From: Mobula hypostoma
Lineage: Eukaryota
NCBI RefSeq assembly: GCF_963921235.1
Contig: NC_086097.1
Span: forward strand, 144,586,001 to 144,650,000
Direction: 5' to 3'
Length of the DNA stretch: 64,000 nucleotides
Positions 38,138-51,200 of the stretch are shown here, piece by piece. The translations under genes were made by a program, and so were the position numbers. Numbering within the stretch: position 1 is the stretch's first letter; each line of letters begins with the position of its first letter. The notes below the pieces were generated by a model that was not told the origin of the DNA, ran no database searches, and was given only the letters and a program-made list of their open reading frames with translations.

Positions 38138-40070
38138 TTCAAGTTCAAGTTGATTGTCATTCAACCGGACACATACTTACTGCCAAATGAAACAATGTTC
38201 CTCCAGACCGAGGTACACAACACAGTACATATAACTCACAAACAATATATGAAGTAATTTTACCACAAATAATAAGGTGCATTTACAACACAAGTTAAAA
38301 AGTAAACAGTATAACACTGCTGGTGTTTCATATGTGATAATACTTGGGTGATGGCAGGGAGTTCATTAATTTCATGGCCTGGGGGAAGAAGCTGTTTCCC
38401 ATCTTAACAGCTATCGTCCTAATGCTACTGTACGTCCCGCCTGATAGTAAGTAGTCAAAGAGATTGAGAGATGGATTGACGATGTTAAGGGCCCTAAGCA
38501 TGTAATGCTCCTGCTAAGTACCCCTGATTGGTGGAAGAGAGACCTCAATGATCCTCTCAGCCATCCTTGCAATCCTTTGTAGGGACTTATGGTCAGATGT
38601 CTTGCAATTCCTGCACCCGATGAAGAGCCCAAACACTTCTCAATGACCATAAGTTTCCTGGACCCGATTGTCTCATTTTAACGATGGATGTCCAGTTCCT
38701 CTTCTCCTCCATCCCCCATGAGGAGAGCCTTAAAGCTCTCCACTTCTTTCTAGACAACAGACCCAACATGTTCCCCTCCACCATGACTCTCCTCTTTATG
38801 ACAGAACTGGTCCTCACTCTCTATAATTTCTGCTTCGGCTCCACCCACTTCCTTCAAACCAAAGTGTGCCATGAACACTTGCATGGGTCCCAGCTTTACC
38901 TGCATTTTGTCAGCTACATGGAACAGTCCATGTTCCAAGCATACATTGGTGTCACTCCCCAAATTCTCCTATGCTACACCCACAACTGCATTGATGCTGT
39001 TTCCTGCACCCATGCTGAGCTCATTGACTTCATCAACTTTGCCTCCAACTTCCACTCTGCCCTTAAATTTACCTAGTCCATTTCTGCCACCTCCCTCCCC
39101 TTTCTTGATCTCTCTGTCTCTATCTCCGGAGACAGTTTATGTTTTAAAAACACACTGACTCTCACAGCTACTTGGACTATACTACTTTCCACCCTGTCAC
39201 TTTTAAAACTGCCATCCCCTTCAGAAAGACCCAATGAAGGGTCTCAGCCGGAAATGTCAACTGTTTACTCTTTTCCATAGATGCTGACTGGCCTGCTGTG
39301 TTCTTGCAGAATTTTGTGTGTGTTGCTCTGATGGTGCCTCAGTTGCTTCAGTGTCCTCAGGAAATAGAGACAGTGTTGTGCTTTTAGACCAAAGAGGTGG
39401 TGTTGAGGGACCAGGTGAGGTCATCCATTATGTTCACTCCCAGAAACTTGCTGCTCCTAACTTCCCCATTTATGTGCAGTGAGGAGTGGTCAGCCTACAC
39501 TTTCCTAAAGTCTTGTCCTGTCCATGTTCAAACTCATCTTGATGCATTTATACTATTCTACCAGTCACTGTAGCTCCTCTCTGTATGCCATCTCATTATT
39601 GTTGGTGATAAAACCAAATACTGTGTGTCACCAGCGAACTTGATGGTTTGGTTTGAACTGCATCTGGCAGTGCAGTCAGGCATCGGCAGTGTGCGGAGCA
39701 GCGAGCAGAGCATACAGCCCTAGGGAGTGCCGCTGCTCAGCGTGATGGAGCTGGAGATCTTTCTGCCAACGTGGACTGACTGTGGCCTTTTTGTTATGAA
39801 ATCCTGGATCCAGCTACAGAGGGAGGTGTTGAGGCTCAACAAGGACAGTTTACCCCCCCCCCCATCTTCTGAGGGACGATTGGATTAAGTGCTAAACAGA
39901 AGAGAATAAACAGCATCCTGGCATATGAGGCAACATGTTCCAGGTAGGACACGATGGAATGGAGTGTAGGGGCTATAGCATCATTAGTAGATTGATTTGA
40001 GTGATAAGCAAAGTGGAAATGATCCAATGTAGCAGGAAGGAGGGATTTAATATGATCGATAACCTGTCCA
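38138..40070 (-). mobile_element. Rex1/Babar-like LINE (RT and 3' UTR), decayed, interrupted by a Penelope-like fragment
   Basis: ORF 39836-40027 DHFHFAYHSNQSTNDAI..LH.IVSYLE...YARMLFI; minus-strand QGC.L and KFAGDT remnants; (ACTTGA)n tail at 38138. Confidence 0.8.
38625..39330 (+). mobile_element. Penelope-like RT fragment fused to a terminal repeat
   Basis: MDVQFLFSSIPHEESLKALHFFLDNRP... homologous to 5105-5650, followed by TGAAGGGTCTCAGCCGGAAATGTCAACTG at ~39235. Confidence 0.85.
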
Positions 40071-40355
40071 CTGTATTACAGACACTCTGTTCCCTCCGCT
40101 CCTCCTTATTCTCAGCAACCTAAATGTTTTTAACTTTTCTTTGGTATTAAACTTTACTTCTTTTTCTACAGATCTTTCCAGCATCACTTTTTATCATTCT
40201 TTTTTTTTCTGTTTGACGAAGATGTGAGAGCACAGAACACCTATCAAAAGTTAATGAATTCAGATAATCAGTGGTTAAGACTGAGGATAGCCAAGTGTGT
40301 GGAAGATTCTGCTGGAGGATACACATTAGAAATCTGCTACCAGAAACCATAAGCA

Positions 40356-40485
40356 TGACGAAGGGTCTCGGCCTGAAACGTCGACTGCGCCTCTTCCTAT
40401 AGATGCTGCTTGGCCTGCTGCGTTCACCAGCAACTTTGATGTATGTTGCTTGAATTTCCAGCATCTGCAGAATTCCTGTTGTTAG
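40356..40485 (+). mobile_element. Solo Penelope-like terminal repeat with hammerhead motif
   Basis: TGACGAAGGGTCTCGGCCTGAAACGTCGACTG...CCAGCATCTGCAGAATTCCTG. Confidence 0.85.
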
Positions 40486-40659
40486 CATTAACAATCTCTT
40501 TCATTTGTTTAAACAGTCAATGGGACCATGGCGAAAATAGGACCTGACAAGTCCCTACTTGAGCACTCTGTCCCTCAGATGAGCCAGACCCAGTAACTGA
40601 TTAGTTCATCATCAGTTGCATTCTGGATTAATATGACACTGCCTACTCCAAGCTTTTAG

Positions 40660-41740
40660 ACTATAAGACCATAAGATATAGTAGCAGAATTAGGCCATTT
40701 GGCCCATCAAGTCTGCTCCACCATTTCATCATGACTGATCCATTTCTCCTCTCTGCTCCAATCTCTTGCCTTCATTCCATATCCCTTCATGCCAGACCAA
40801 TCAAGAATCTATCAACCTCTGCCTTAAATAGACATAATATCTTGGTCTTCACAGCCGTCTGTGGCAATGAATTCCACAGAGTCACCGCTCTCTGGCTGAA
40901 GAAATTTCTCCTTATCTCCATTCTAAAAGGACACCCCACCTATTCTGAGGCTGCGTCCTCTGGTCTTAGACTCTCCCACCATAGGAAGCATCCTCTCCAC
41001 ATCCACTCTATTAAGGCCTTTCACCATTCGATCAGTTACCCCTCATTTTCTGAATTCTAATAAATATTGGCCCAGAGCCATCAAGTGCTAACCTAAGTCA
41101 ACCCATTCAATCCTGGAATAATTTTTATGAACTTCCTTTGAAATGTCTCTGGTCTCAGCACATCCTTTCTACGACAGGGGCCCAGAACTGCTCACAATAC
41201 TCCAAGCGAGGCCTCAGCAGTGCTTTATAAAGTTTCAACATTACATCATTGCTTTTATACTCCCGTCCTCTTGAAATGAATGCTAACATTGCATTTGCCT
41301 TTCTCACCACAGATTCAACCTGCAAATTAATCTTTAGAGAATCCTGCACAAAGACTCCCAAGCCCCTTTGCTCCTCAGATTTTTGTATTTTCTCTCAATT
41401 TTTGCCCTTTCAATTTTGTCCCCCTTTTAAAACTCATCCTGATGACTCCAATTTTGCCCTGAAATCTGCTCTTTTTGCGAGGAGTCTCACTACTTTGTTT
41501 GTAAACCAACTAGCTTATCCTCAACACTATCACTCTGGTTCCCATACCCCTTCCAAATTAATTTAAACCCTCCCGAACAATTCTAGCAAACCTGCCCGCA
41601 ATGATATTGGACAGGTGTAACAGATCCCTTTTGTACAGGTCGCCTAGAGGAGATTTCAATGATCCATAAATCTGAAACCCTATCCCCCTGCATCAGTTCC
41701 ACAGCCACGCATTCACCTGCCAAATCATCCTATTCTTAAG
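40660..41740 (-). mobile_element. CR1 LINE fragments (3' end plus an ORF1 esterase piece)
   Basis: ORF 41155-41361 KANAMLAFISRG.EYKS..VMLKLYKALLRPRLEYC; 41480-41740 is homologous to 18540-18830. Confidence 0.85.
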
Positions 41741-42213
41741 AGTTAAACTTAAACTTTAACTCCCCTTCTCTTTCCATAGATCTGCCACACCTGCTGCAGG
41801 TTCTCATCATTTTTAAAAAACAATAATTAACAATAATTGAGTCTGAATGTCACAAAAACAGAAGTTTTAGGATGGAGTAAGGTAAAGTTGGATAATAATA
41901 TAAAGGTTATAGTGGTTGATTTTAATGATAGAGAGAGTACAGAGTTAGAAATTTAGCTCAAGTATAATTAATATAATTAGGCTTCAAACCTTTGGCCTTA
42001 GAAGATGGTAAAGAAGGAGATTGGATCAGCAGCTAGAATATCTAGTAGGTTACATGGATCAAAGATATTTATCCCCGTATTATGCAAAGGAAGTTTCTGC
42101 ATAATGGAAAAGCAAATGGCAACATAAGAATGGATAAAGAAGGGTGAATAAAAATGCACAATACCAGGGGGTAGTAAAGATTCTTTTTATTCACCTGCTC
42201 TATTCTATAGATG

Positions 42214-42781
42214 AGAATCAGAATCAGGTTTATTATCACTGGCATGTGTCGTGAAATTTGTTAACAGCAGCAGTAGTTCAATGCAATACATAATATAGAA
42301 GAAAAAAATAAAATAATAATAATAATAAATAAATAAATCATTTACAGTATATGTATATTGAATAGATTAAAAATCGTACAAAAAAAACAGAAATAATATA
42401 TATTTAAAAAGTGAGGTAGTGTTCAAGGGTTCAATGTCCATTTAGGAATCGGATGGCAGAGGGGAAGAAACTGTTCCTGAATCGCTGTGTGCGCGTCTTC
42501 AGGCTTCTGTGCCTCCTACCTGATGGTAACTGAGAAAAGGGCATGCCCTGGGTGCTGGAGGTCCTTAATAATGAACACTGCCTTTCTGAGACACTGCTCC
42601 TTGAAGATGTCCTGGGTACTTTGTAGGCTAGTACCCAACATGGAGCTGACTAGATTTACAACCCTCTGCAGCTTCTTTCGGTCCTGTGCAGTAGCAATGT
42701 CCCCCCACACCAGACAGTGATGCAGCCTGTCAGAATGCTCTTCACGGTACATCTATAAAAGTTTTTGAGTGTATTTGTTGA
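42214..42781 (-). mobile_element. Rex1/Babar-like LINE 3' fragment
   Basis: ORF 42516-42752 encodes the RT C-terminus; near-copy of 13644-14161. Confidence 0.85.
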
Positions 42782-42916
42782 TTTTAGATTTAGATTCCTT
42801 TAGGTTTATTTATTAATCATAGGTACATCAAAACATAGAGTGAAATAGGTCATTTCACTAACAAACAAAAATCTGAAGATGTAATGGGGGCAATATGTGT
42901 GGCAAGTGTTGCCACA

Positions 42917-43130
42917 CATGGGTTAAGGGTGAAAGGTGAAAAGTTTAAGGGGAACATGAGGGGAAACCTTCAATCAGAGGGACATGAAGGTGTGGAATGC
43001 TCTGCCAGTTCAAGTGGAGCATGCAGGCTTGCTTTCAAAGTTTAAGAGAAGTTCGGATAGGTACATGGATAGTAGGGGCATGGAGGGCTACAGGAGGTGC
43101 AGGTCAACGGGAGTAGGCTGATGGTTTGGC
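42917..43130 (+). mobile_element. CR1 3' fragment
   Basis: Homologous to 37193-37410. Confidence 0.8.
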
Positions 43131-44624
43131 ACCGGCCATTAATCTTGAAGCGCTCCAACCTGAATTCTGACCTCCAGTTCCTTCCCTAACTCGTCATTTA
43201 TTGCCCCTGAACTCTCACTCCCCCTCCATCCCTGTCCCTACCCCTAATTTGACCCCTAACTCCCTACGTTATTCCCAAAAACCATCCCTATGAGCCTAAA
43301 ATACCAAGGCTGAGTCATCAGCCCGACAGGTGTCGCAGCTCAGCGCCATCCTGAAAACAAAATGACCACACAGAAATGTGAAAATGGGTAACGTAGAGGC
43401 ATTCAGATATGTATGAATTGACACATTAAACAAGTGGGAGTATTGATCTAAGGCACACAAACGTTGCTGGAAATATCATACAACTGCAAGAGAAGTAAGT
43501 TGAAATATACTGCCGTCAGGGAGGAAATATCTTTTTCATGATGCAAGGTAATTGTTAAACACAAAGCTCACAATACACCTGAACCTAAATCTGGATCTTA
43601 AAGGGAGGGAAAAGAGATTTATTGAACGACTTGCAGACAGCCTTCTTGTGTGCCACAAAATGGCTAAATCTTGACCCCTTGATCTCTCCCCCCCCCACTA
43701 TCAGCTGACAGCCTGAAACACATTTCATCATTTTTGCTGCAAGAGCCATCAAATTTTGACCAAAGCACTTCCACATTCCTTAAGTATGAGGGAGCAGATA
43801 ATGGGTGTCTTTCATTTTAAATACAAATCTTTTCTCTATACCCATTAGATGCTCCACACCCCCTTGGTTTAGAAGTTGCTTGGCACTGTACCAGCTACTC
43901 ATTCGCAGAGACTGACCTATTGTTTTCAAGGATGTTCTACATCGACAACTTCTAGTAAAGTTAATACCCCCATTGTTGCTTTCTGAGTCAGTACAAATCC
44001 TTTTCTCTTTTTCCTCTTGAAAGTATGACCTTTGCCTAAGTTGCCTCAGAGCTGGGTGTTCAGACGTCTGCTCTTTGGTTTTAAATGTCATGGGAATAAG
44101 ATTAGCACAAATTAGCTTTTTGTAAAGCAAATTATTTTATTGGGCTTCCTTTTTGGGCTGCCATTATTTTACTTCCACAAAAAGCCAAGATTTGTAACCA
44201 ATTCCCTCTTCAGATTTGAAACCGTGTTTCCTCTTTGCAGTGTCACAGGATCTTCAACTCAAATGCCTGCCTATTGTCAGGAACTCAGTGAAAAGACCCT
44301 CATCCTTAAGTCCAAAGTTTGTGAGTCCAAGTCCAATTTCAGAGACTAAATCAAAATTCGCATTTGAAAACTTTACTGAAGGAATATCACACTGTTCAAA
44401 GTGACAATTTTCAGATTAAGGGCTAAACTAAGACTCAACTGTTCTATCAGGCAGAAATAAAAGATCATATCAGCCTGCACGTAAACTTAACTTCTCCCTA
44501 ACATTACAAACCACTCATGTCATGGCTTGTGCTTATCCTTCAATAACAATAAATAAAGCAATGGATATAACAGGAGGCACAATACATCCCCACTATCAAG
44601 GGCGTCAACAAGAAATGGCTAACC

Positions 44625-44895
44625 TGAGAGGACCCAGTTTTAAAGTGCCTGGAAGTAGGTACAGAGGAGATGTCAGGGGTAAGTTTTTTACGCAGAGAGT
44701 GGTGAGTGCATGGAATGGGCTGCCGGCAACGGTGGTGGAGGCAGATACGATAGGGTCTTTTAAGAAACTCCTGGGTAGGTACATGGAGCTTAGAAAAATA
44801 GATGGCTATGGGTAACCCTACATAATTTCTAAAGTAAGTATATGTTTGGCACAGCATTGTGGGCCGAAGGGCCTGTATTGTGCTGTAGATTTCCC
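44625..44895 (+). mobile_element. CR1 3' fragment
   Basis: RGDVRGKFFTQRVVSAWNGLP...FKKLLGRYM followed by 3' UTR GGGCCGAAGGGCCTGTA. Confidence 0.88.
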
Positions 44896-44899
44896 ATCT

Positions 44900-46430
44900 T
44901 TCTAAGAAATGGGGCATCAAGAAGACAGTATCCATCCTTAAGGATCCTCACCGTCTAGGACATGAGCTCTTTGCCTTACTAATATCAGGGAAGAGGTACA
45001 GGGGCCCAAATATTACATTCAACATTTTAAGATATGCTTCTTCAAAGTTCAAGTCTCAAAGAAAACTTATCATCAACGTATATGTATGTCACCATATACA
45101 ACCATGAGATTCATTTTCTCGCGGGCATACTCACTAAATCCATAATAGAATAATAACCATAATAGAATCAATGGAAGACCAAACTAACTTAGGCATTCAG
45201 TTTCCTAACAGCAACAAACTGTGCAAATAATAATTATAAATAAATAAACAATAAATATCAAGAACATGAAATGAAGAGTCCTTGAAAGTGAGTCCAAAGG
45301 TTGTGGGAACATTTCATTGCTGGGGCGTGAAGTTGAGTGAAGCTATCCCCTTTGGTTCAAGAGCCTGATGGCTGTAGGGTAATAACTGTTGCTGAGCCTG
45401 GTAGTGTGAGTCCTGACGCTCTTGTATCACCTTCTTGATGGCAGCAGTGAGAAGACAGCACATCCAGGGTGGTGGATGTCTCCGATGATGGATGTTGCTT
45501 TCCTGCAACAATGCTCCATGTAAGCGCGCTCAATGGAGGAGAGGGCTTTACCCATGAGAGGGCTACATCCACTACTTTTCCTAAGATTTTCTATTCAAGG
45601 TCATTGGTGTCTGTGATGCAGCCATCCTTCCTATGTACTGATTCATCGCCACCTTTGATTTGGTCTACAACAAGGGAGTAGAGCAGGGTCTAAGCACATA
45701 GCCTTGTGGTGTGCCTGTGCTGATGGAGATTGTGGAGGAGATGTTGTTGCCAATCTGAACTGACTGGGGTCTGCAAGTGAGGAAATCAAGGATCCAATTG
45801 CAAAAGGAGTTACAGAGGTCAAGGTCTTAAAAGCTTATTGTTTAGTGTTGAAGAGATGATGATATTGAATGTCGATCTGTAGTTGATAAAGTGCCTGCTG
45901 ATGTATGCATCTTTGCAGCCCAGATGTTTCAGAGCTGAGTGAAGAGCTATGAGATGGCATCTGCTGTGGACCTGTTGCTCCGGTAGGCAAATTAGAACAG
46001 ATCTAAGCCACTTCTCAGGCAGAAGCAGATATGTTTCATCAGCAACCTCTCAAAACAATTCATCACGGTGGATGTAAGTGCTACTGGACGATAATCATTG
46101 AGGCATATTATCACTTTCTTTTCAGGCGCCGGTATAAGTGGGTATCTCAAACTGCCAAAGTGATAGGTTAAAGATGTCTGTGAATACTCCAGCCAGTTGA
46201 TCAGCGCAGGTCTTTAGTACCTCATCTGGGCTGGATGATTCTTCCTTTCTGCCATCAAATTTCTGAAAAGGCCATAAACCTGTGAACAATACCTTGATCC
46301 CTATTTTGTATTATTTATGTATTTTTGTAACTTGTAGTAATTTTTATGTATTACATTGTACTTCTGCAGCAAAACAACATATTTTACAAAATGTCAATGA
46401 TTGTAAATCTATTTCTGATCCTGATTCTGA
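44900..46430. mobile_element. Nested Rex1/Babar-like LINEs: a minus-strand copy (~45043-46237) inside a plus-strand 3' fragment
   Basis: The plus-strand host breaks at ...TGCTTCTTC and resumes at TTCTTCCTTTCTGCCATC (duplicated TTCTTC), ending in a (TCTGAT)n tail. The insert has RT remnants (APQGYVL) and a TTTGAA tail. Confidence 0.75.
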
Positions 46431-46436
46431 TATATG

Positions 46437-46665
46437 TGAAGCACCTTCAATAACTCCAAAAGACTGAGGTTTGGTAAAATACCGAAAGGCTTTTACTTGC
46501 TGTACAATACGACCTCCACGGTGAGTATCTGACCCTGGACTGAGGGGGAGGGGCAAGGCGAACACCTTTATACAGGATTCTGTGGGAGGAGCCACAGGGG
46601 CAGTCAGCAGAGGGGCGTGTCCAGACAGTTAACCCAGTTACAACATATATATATGGTTTACCACA
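46437..46665 (-). mobile_element. Solo LTR (229 bp)
   Basis: TG...CA termini; flanking 5-mers ATATG (46432-36) and ATACG (46666-70) fit a TSD with one CpG transition; minus strand has TATAAA and a downstream AGTAAA polyA-like signal. Confidence 0.75.
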
Positions 46666-47347
46666 ATACGTAATCACTATTGCCTATCAACAAGTATCTG
46701 CCTTGGTTCTTACGCTATGTCAGTAATGTAAGGCAATTTAGGGAGGTCTGTGGTTGGGAGAAGTCATATGCAAATGACTACCCAGTACGCTTACATGATC
46801 CATGTTTTCATGAAGTCTGGAATTCATTAGGCCCTATGTGAGGTGTTCTATCATGAGAATTTTGAAGGGACACGAGCATTTTGAAGGGGATGTCATTTAA
46901 AGGAAGCCCACAGCAGACAGAGACTATTTCATGTTGTCTTCCGCATCTCATCTGTCCTCCCTGCATCAGGTTTTGCAAACAGGACCAACACTCTAGACTC
47001 CTTACAATGATGGACGTCACAACTACAGTGGTGAGCAAAATGTATGCTCCTCTTCATGACTCCACCTCAAACAACCTGCACCTCCATGTCCTACATGGTC
47101 TTGGCATAACTGTGTCTGGCCTTGTTTTATACTGGAGGCTCCACTATCAGTGTAATGTCCAATATACTGTGGTCATTATCAATCAGTACAAAATTAACTT
47201 TCTAGGTTGCTGGTGTATGATCATGTTATTAGATAAATAGGATACTAAATCTTTGTAAAAACTTTTGGAAATGTAGATGTTCATGTAAAATTGTTTTGAT
47301 TAGTGAAGTATCATTTACAATGGCAGGTGAATGTTCACAGTGCAGGA

Positions 47348-47545
47348 AATAGAACATAGAACATAGAATAGTACAGCACAGTACAGGCCCTTCGGCCCAC
47401 AATGTTGTGCCGACCCTCAAACCCTGCCTCCCATATAAGCCCCCACCTTAACTTCCTCCATATACCTGTCTAGTAGTCTCTTAAACTTCACTAGTGTATC
47501 TGCCTCCACCACTGACTCAGGCAGTGCATTCCACGCACATGCACT
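47348..47545 (-). mobile_element. CR1 3' end with (TTCTATG)n tail
   Basis: ATAGAACATAGAACATAGAA..GGCCCTTCGGCCC on the plus strand. Confidence 0.85.
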
Positions 47546-47864
47546 CTGTGTTTGTCCTTGCCCATGGTTCAATGATTCCATTATGATCTAAAGATATTCC
47601 CATATTGTTCCAAAATGTATTTCTGTTGGCAAAAGTATTTGACTTCCTTGGGAAGACAACAGCGTTCCAAGGGAATAGGGACAGGACAGGGGAAAGCTGA
47701 CAGTTGTTTGTTATCAATTCAATGGATTTTATTGCTTGAGCAATAAGCTCATACTCCATTCTAAACTTCCATTTAATTCAGTTCCCATGAACTGAAACCT
47801 TTGTGGTAATTTAATCCAATCCTTTGGCTGTTTTGTATGGTGGCTAGAAGAATAAATGTGTGTT

Positions 47865-48239
47865 TTGATTGCTTCTTTCACATCCTCAGATGGTCCCAAA
47901 TGCTTTATAGCCAATAACACAAAGAACTGTGGAGTTCTTTTTGCATTCTACTGCATAATTCCAGGAGCTCAGTGGCAGAGAAGGTCCAATTTGCCTTTTG
48001 GAGAATTTGTACATAACAAGATCCCACAAGCACCAGTGTGAGAACAGTCTAGTAGTTCCTTCTGTAGTGATGGTGACTTAAAGATTAATGCTACCATGAT
48101 AAGGGATGCTACCAGGATCAGAGGTGTGGGCTGTGGGGGAAACTATATTCATTCACCTTTGCAATAATACCATGGAATATTTTTATTTCTTTTGTCAGAG
48201 CGTGGTTGATGCTTTCATTTCATAACTCATCTCTGACAT
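47865..48239 (-). mobile_element. Ancient DeuSINE remnant, target of the Gypsy insertion
   Basis: CTTTCACATCCTCAGATGGTCCCAAATGCTTTATAGCCAAT and AATTTGTACATAACAAGATCCCACAA match the remembered Deu-SINE consensus blocks. Confidence 0.55.
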
Positions 48240-51200
48240 CATTGTGTATTTCAAATTTCAGTAATATTTGAGTAGTATTCTAATTATATTGTTTGGTTAA
48301 GCATTATTCGTTGTTTAAATAATGCATATGTCATGCCACCCCCATTCCATATGTGCACACCTCACTAAAGTAAAAACAAAACTAAGACACGCATCTCCCG
48401 GCTCCATGTTTTTTTTTTCATTCAATTAGTTTGATGTTTTGGAGCTACAAAACATAACAGTGGCAATGAGGAAGATGTAAACAAACCTGAGATGACTACC
48501 CACCTGTTGAAGTGCAGAAAGACATTCAGATTTTAAAAATGTGCAGTGAGATGTTTGAGTTAAAAAAGTAAAGAACATGCTTCTTCGGGATGGGACAGAG
48601 ACGATTGCGTTTTTTAAAAAATGTCAGAGAATGGATAAATTCATGGGGTCATAAACAATGAGTACTGGGTGATATAAAGATAAATTTTAAAAATAGCAGA
48701 AATGGCTGGCTACTTCAGAAAGATAGACGTGTTCAATTGCATAAGATATTGTAAACAGAGAGAACTGAGCAGCATTTTAAAACAAATGAAATAGCCAATG
48801 GAAAGTGAGCGCCAGTTTTGCTAAGTACATTAGATGGGAAAGCATACAGTTTGCTTGGAAGTTTGACTGCTCCAACCAAACCAGTTACAAAGAGCTTTGC
48901 TGATATCATGAAAGTAATGTCAAAATATTTAGAACGAAAATCATTGTTGATTGTACAACCGTTTAGATTCCATATGTGGAATATACAGGAAGGGAAGTCC
49001 GTTGCAGCGTATGTGAATTGAATTGAAGAAGTTGTTTGAGCATTGCCAGTTCAGTGATAGGCTTAATGATGCATTGAGAGTCTCCGGAATCTTACAAGAG
49101 CATTCAAAAACGCCTCCTAACTGAAGTATACTTACACTTAAAAGAACAGTTGAAATTGCTGTATCAATGGAAACAGCAGTCCGAGACACAACTAAGTTGC
49201 AGTCAGGAATAAAAGTGAGTGTGAATAAAATTGCATCTTCTAAGCAGAAACTGGCCTGGCTGAAAAAACTGTTACTGTTGTGGCTCACATACTCCCAACC
49301 AATGCAGATTTTAAGGCGAAAATTGCAGAAAATGCAACAAAGTAGGGCACATAGAAAAAACATGTCAGACTGACAACAATAAATAAACCACAAAGGGAAG
49401 AGAAAAAGATAAAAGGTTAAATTGGAACTTCAGAAGGAACACTAATCTGCTAGCTGTTGATGAAAAATCTGATGATGAGAGTGACACAGGAACTGGTAGC
49501 CTTGAGGTTTAGAGTGTGAAAACGAACAAGAGATAAGCAATATGGCTTAACTGAAACCTGCAGATATCCAACAAAGAACTTACTCTGGAGAAAAGATAAC
49601 TCTTGTGGGAATGACATTCATAACATTTAAATGCAACAACCAAGAAACCACATTAGACTTATATGTGGTAAAAACAGAAGGGCCAGCACTGTGGGGTTGC
49701 GATTGGCTAAGACAACTACAATTTGACTGAAGATCCATCCGCTGTTTTTATGCCATGTACCCTGCAACAAAGTCCACTGAAAGTGAATGAAGAAAGGTAC
49801 TGGATGATGTCACAGCAGAGAACAAGGATGGCATTGGAAAAGTTAAACATATCAAGGGTAAAACAGTGTCAAATGAAAATGCCACAGCCAAGATCCACAA
49901 AGCATGTCTGGTTCCTTATACCATCTATGATTAAGTAGTCAGTGAGCTAGATCACATGGAGGCTGAAGGAATTCTTTCTAAGGTTGAGTGGAGCCCTTGG
50001 TCAATGCCAGTTTTCCCAAGAAGAATGGGTTTGTCAGGATTGGTGGTGGTTTTAAGATCACCATCAACCCAGTACTGAAAATAGGTCGATACCCTCTGCC
50101 AAGGACAGAGGATGCCTTTGCAAATCTTTCTGGAGGGAAACACTTCAGCAAAGTGGATTTAGCTGAGGCATACCAACAAATGGAAACAGAAGAAGAGTTT
50201 AAAGTGTTTCTCACCATAATCACTCACAAAGTGCTTTATGACTGTAATATGCTTATGCTTAAAGTAACATCTGCACCTGTGCTCTGACAGAAAGCTATAG
50301 ACTAGGTGCTGCAAGGTTGCCCAGGCAATCAGTGTTAACTGGATGACATCATCATTTTCAGTAAGGATGTCAAGGAACATGTCCAAAATCTCTAGACAGT
50401 GTTAAAAGGATTAGAAGATTATGGGCTGAGAGCACGACACAAGTGTGAATTCTTTAAACCAAGCATCACTTACTGTGTGTCACAAGAATTACACAAATGT
50501 GCTGAGAAAATTCAAGCAATGGCAGATGCCCCAAGGCCAAAGAACATATTACAGTTGTGGTCCTTTCTTAGAATTCATCACTTACTATAGCATGTTTCTG
50601 CCAAATCCTGCTAGTATCATTACTACAAATTAGGAAGAAATGGCAATGGATGAAGCAGTATGAGGTGGCTTTGCTCCGAAAGGTAAAGGAAGTGGTGATA
50701 TCAGACACTGTACTCACACGTTACGATTCACATTGCCCAGTGAAACTTGCCTATGATGCCTTGCCTTATGGTATAGATGCAGTCATGCCACATGTTATGA
50801 GTGATGACAGTAAATGCTCCACAGCCTTGGAAATGCATTCTCTTACCACAGCGAAGAAAAACTACACACAAACTGACAGAGGACCCTTGGGTCTGGTTTG
50901 GGGCATAAAACGTTTCAAAAAGTACTTGTATGGGAGAGAGCTTACCCTCACTTCTGATCAACCTCCACTGTCCATTTTCAGTCCAAGAAGGGTGTTCCAC
51001 TACCAGCAGCAGCAGCATGAATACAGAGATGGGCTCTGCTTCTTGGAGAACACAATGAGATGATCAAATTTAAGAGGACGACTAATCATTGAAATGCTGT
51101 TGGATTATCCCATTCACCCTTGGAAAAGGAAATGCCTAAAACATTTACAAAAGTGAGCACTCCTCTTGATGTATCCTCCCGAACTCAGATTGAAATTCTC

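Noticed and set aside
43130..43310. C-rich CCCTAA-like stretch suggesting interstitial telomeric repeats
   Set aside because: Only scattered CCCTAA/CCCTA words, not a tandem array; origin unresolved.
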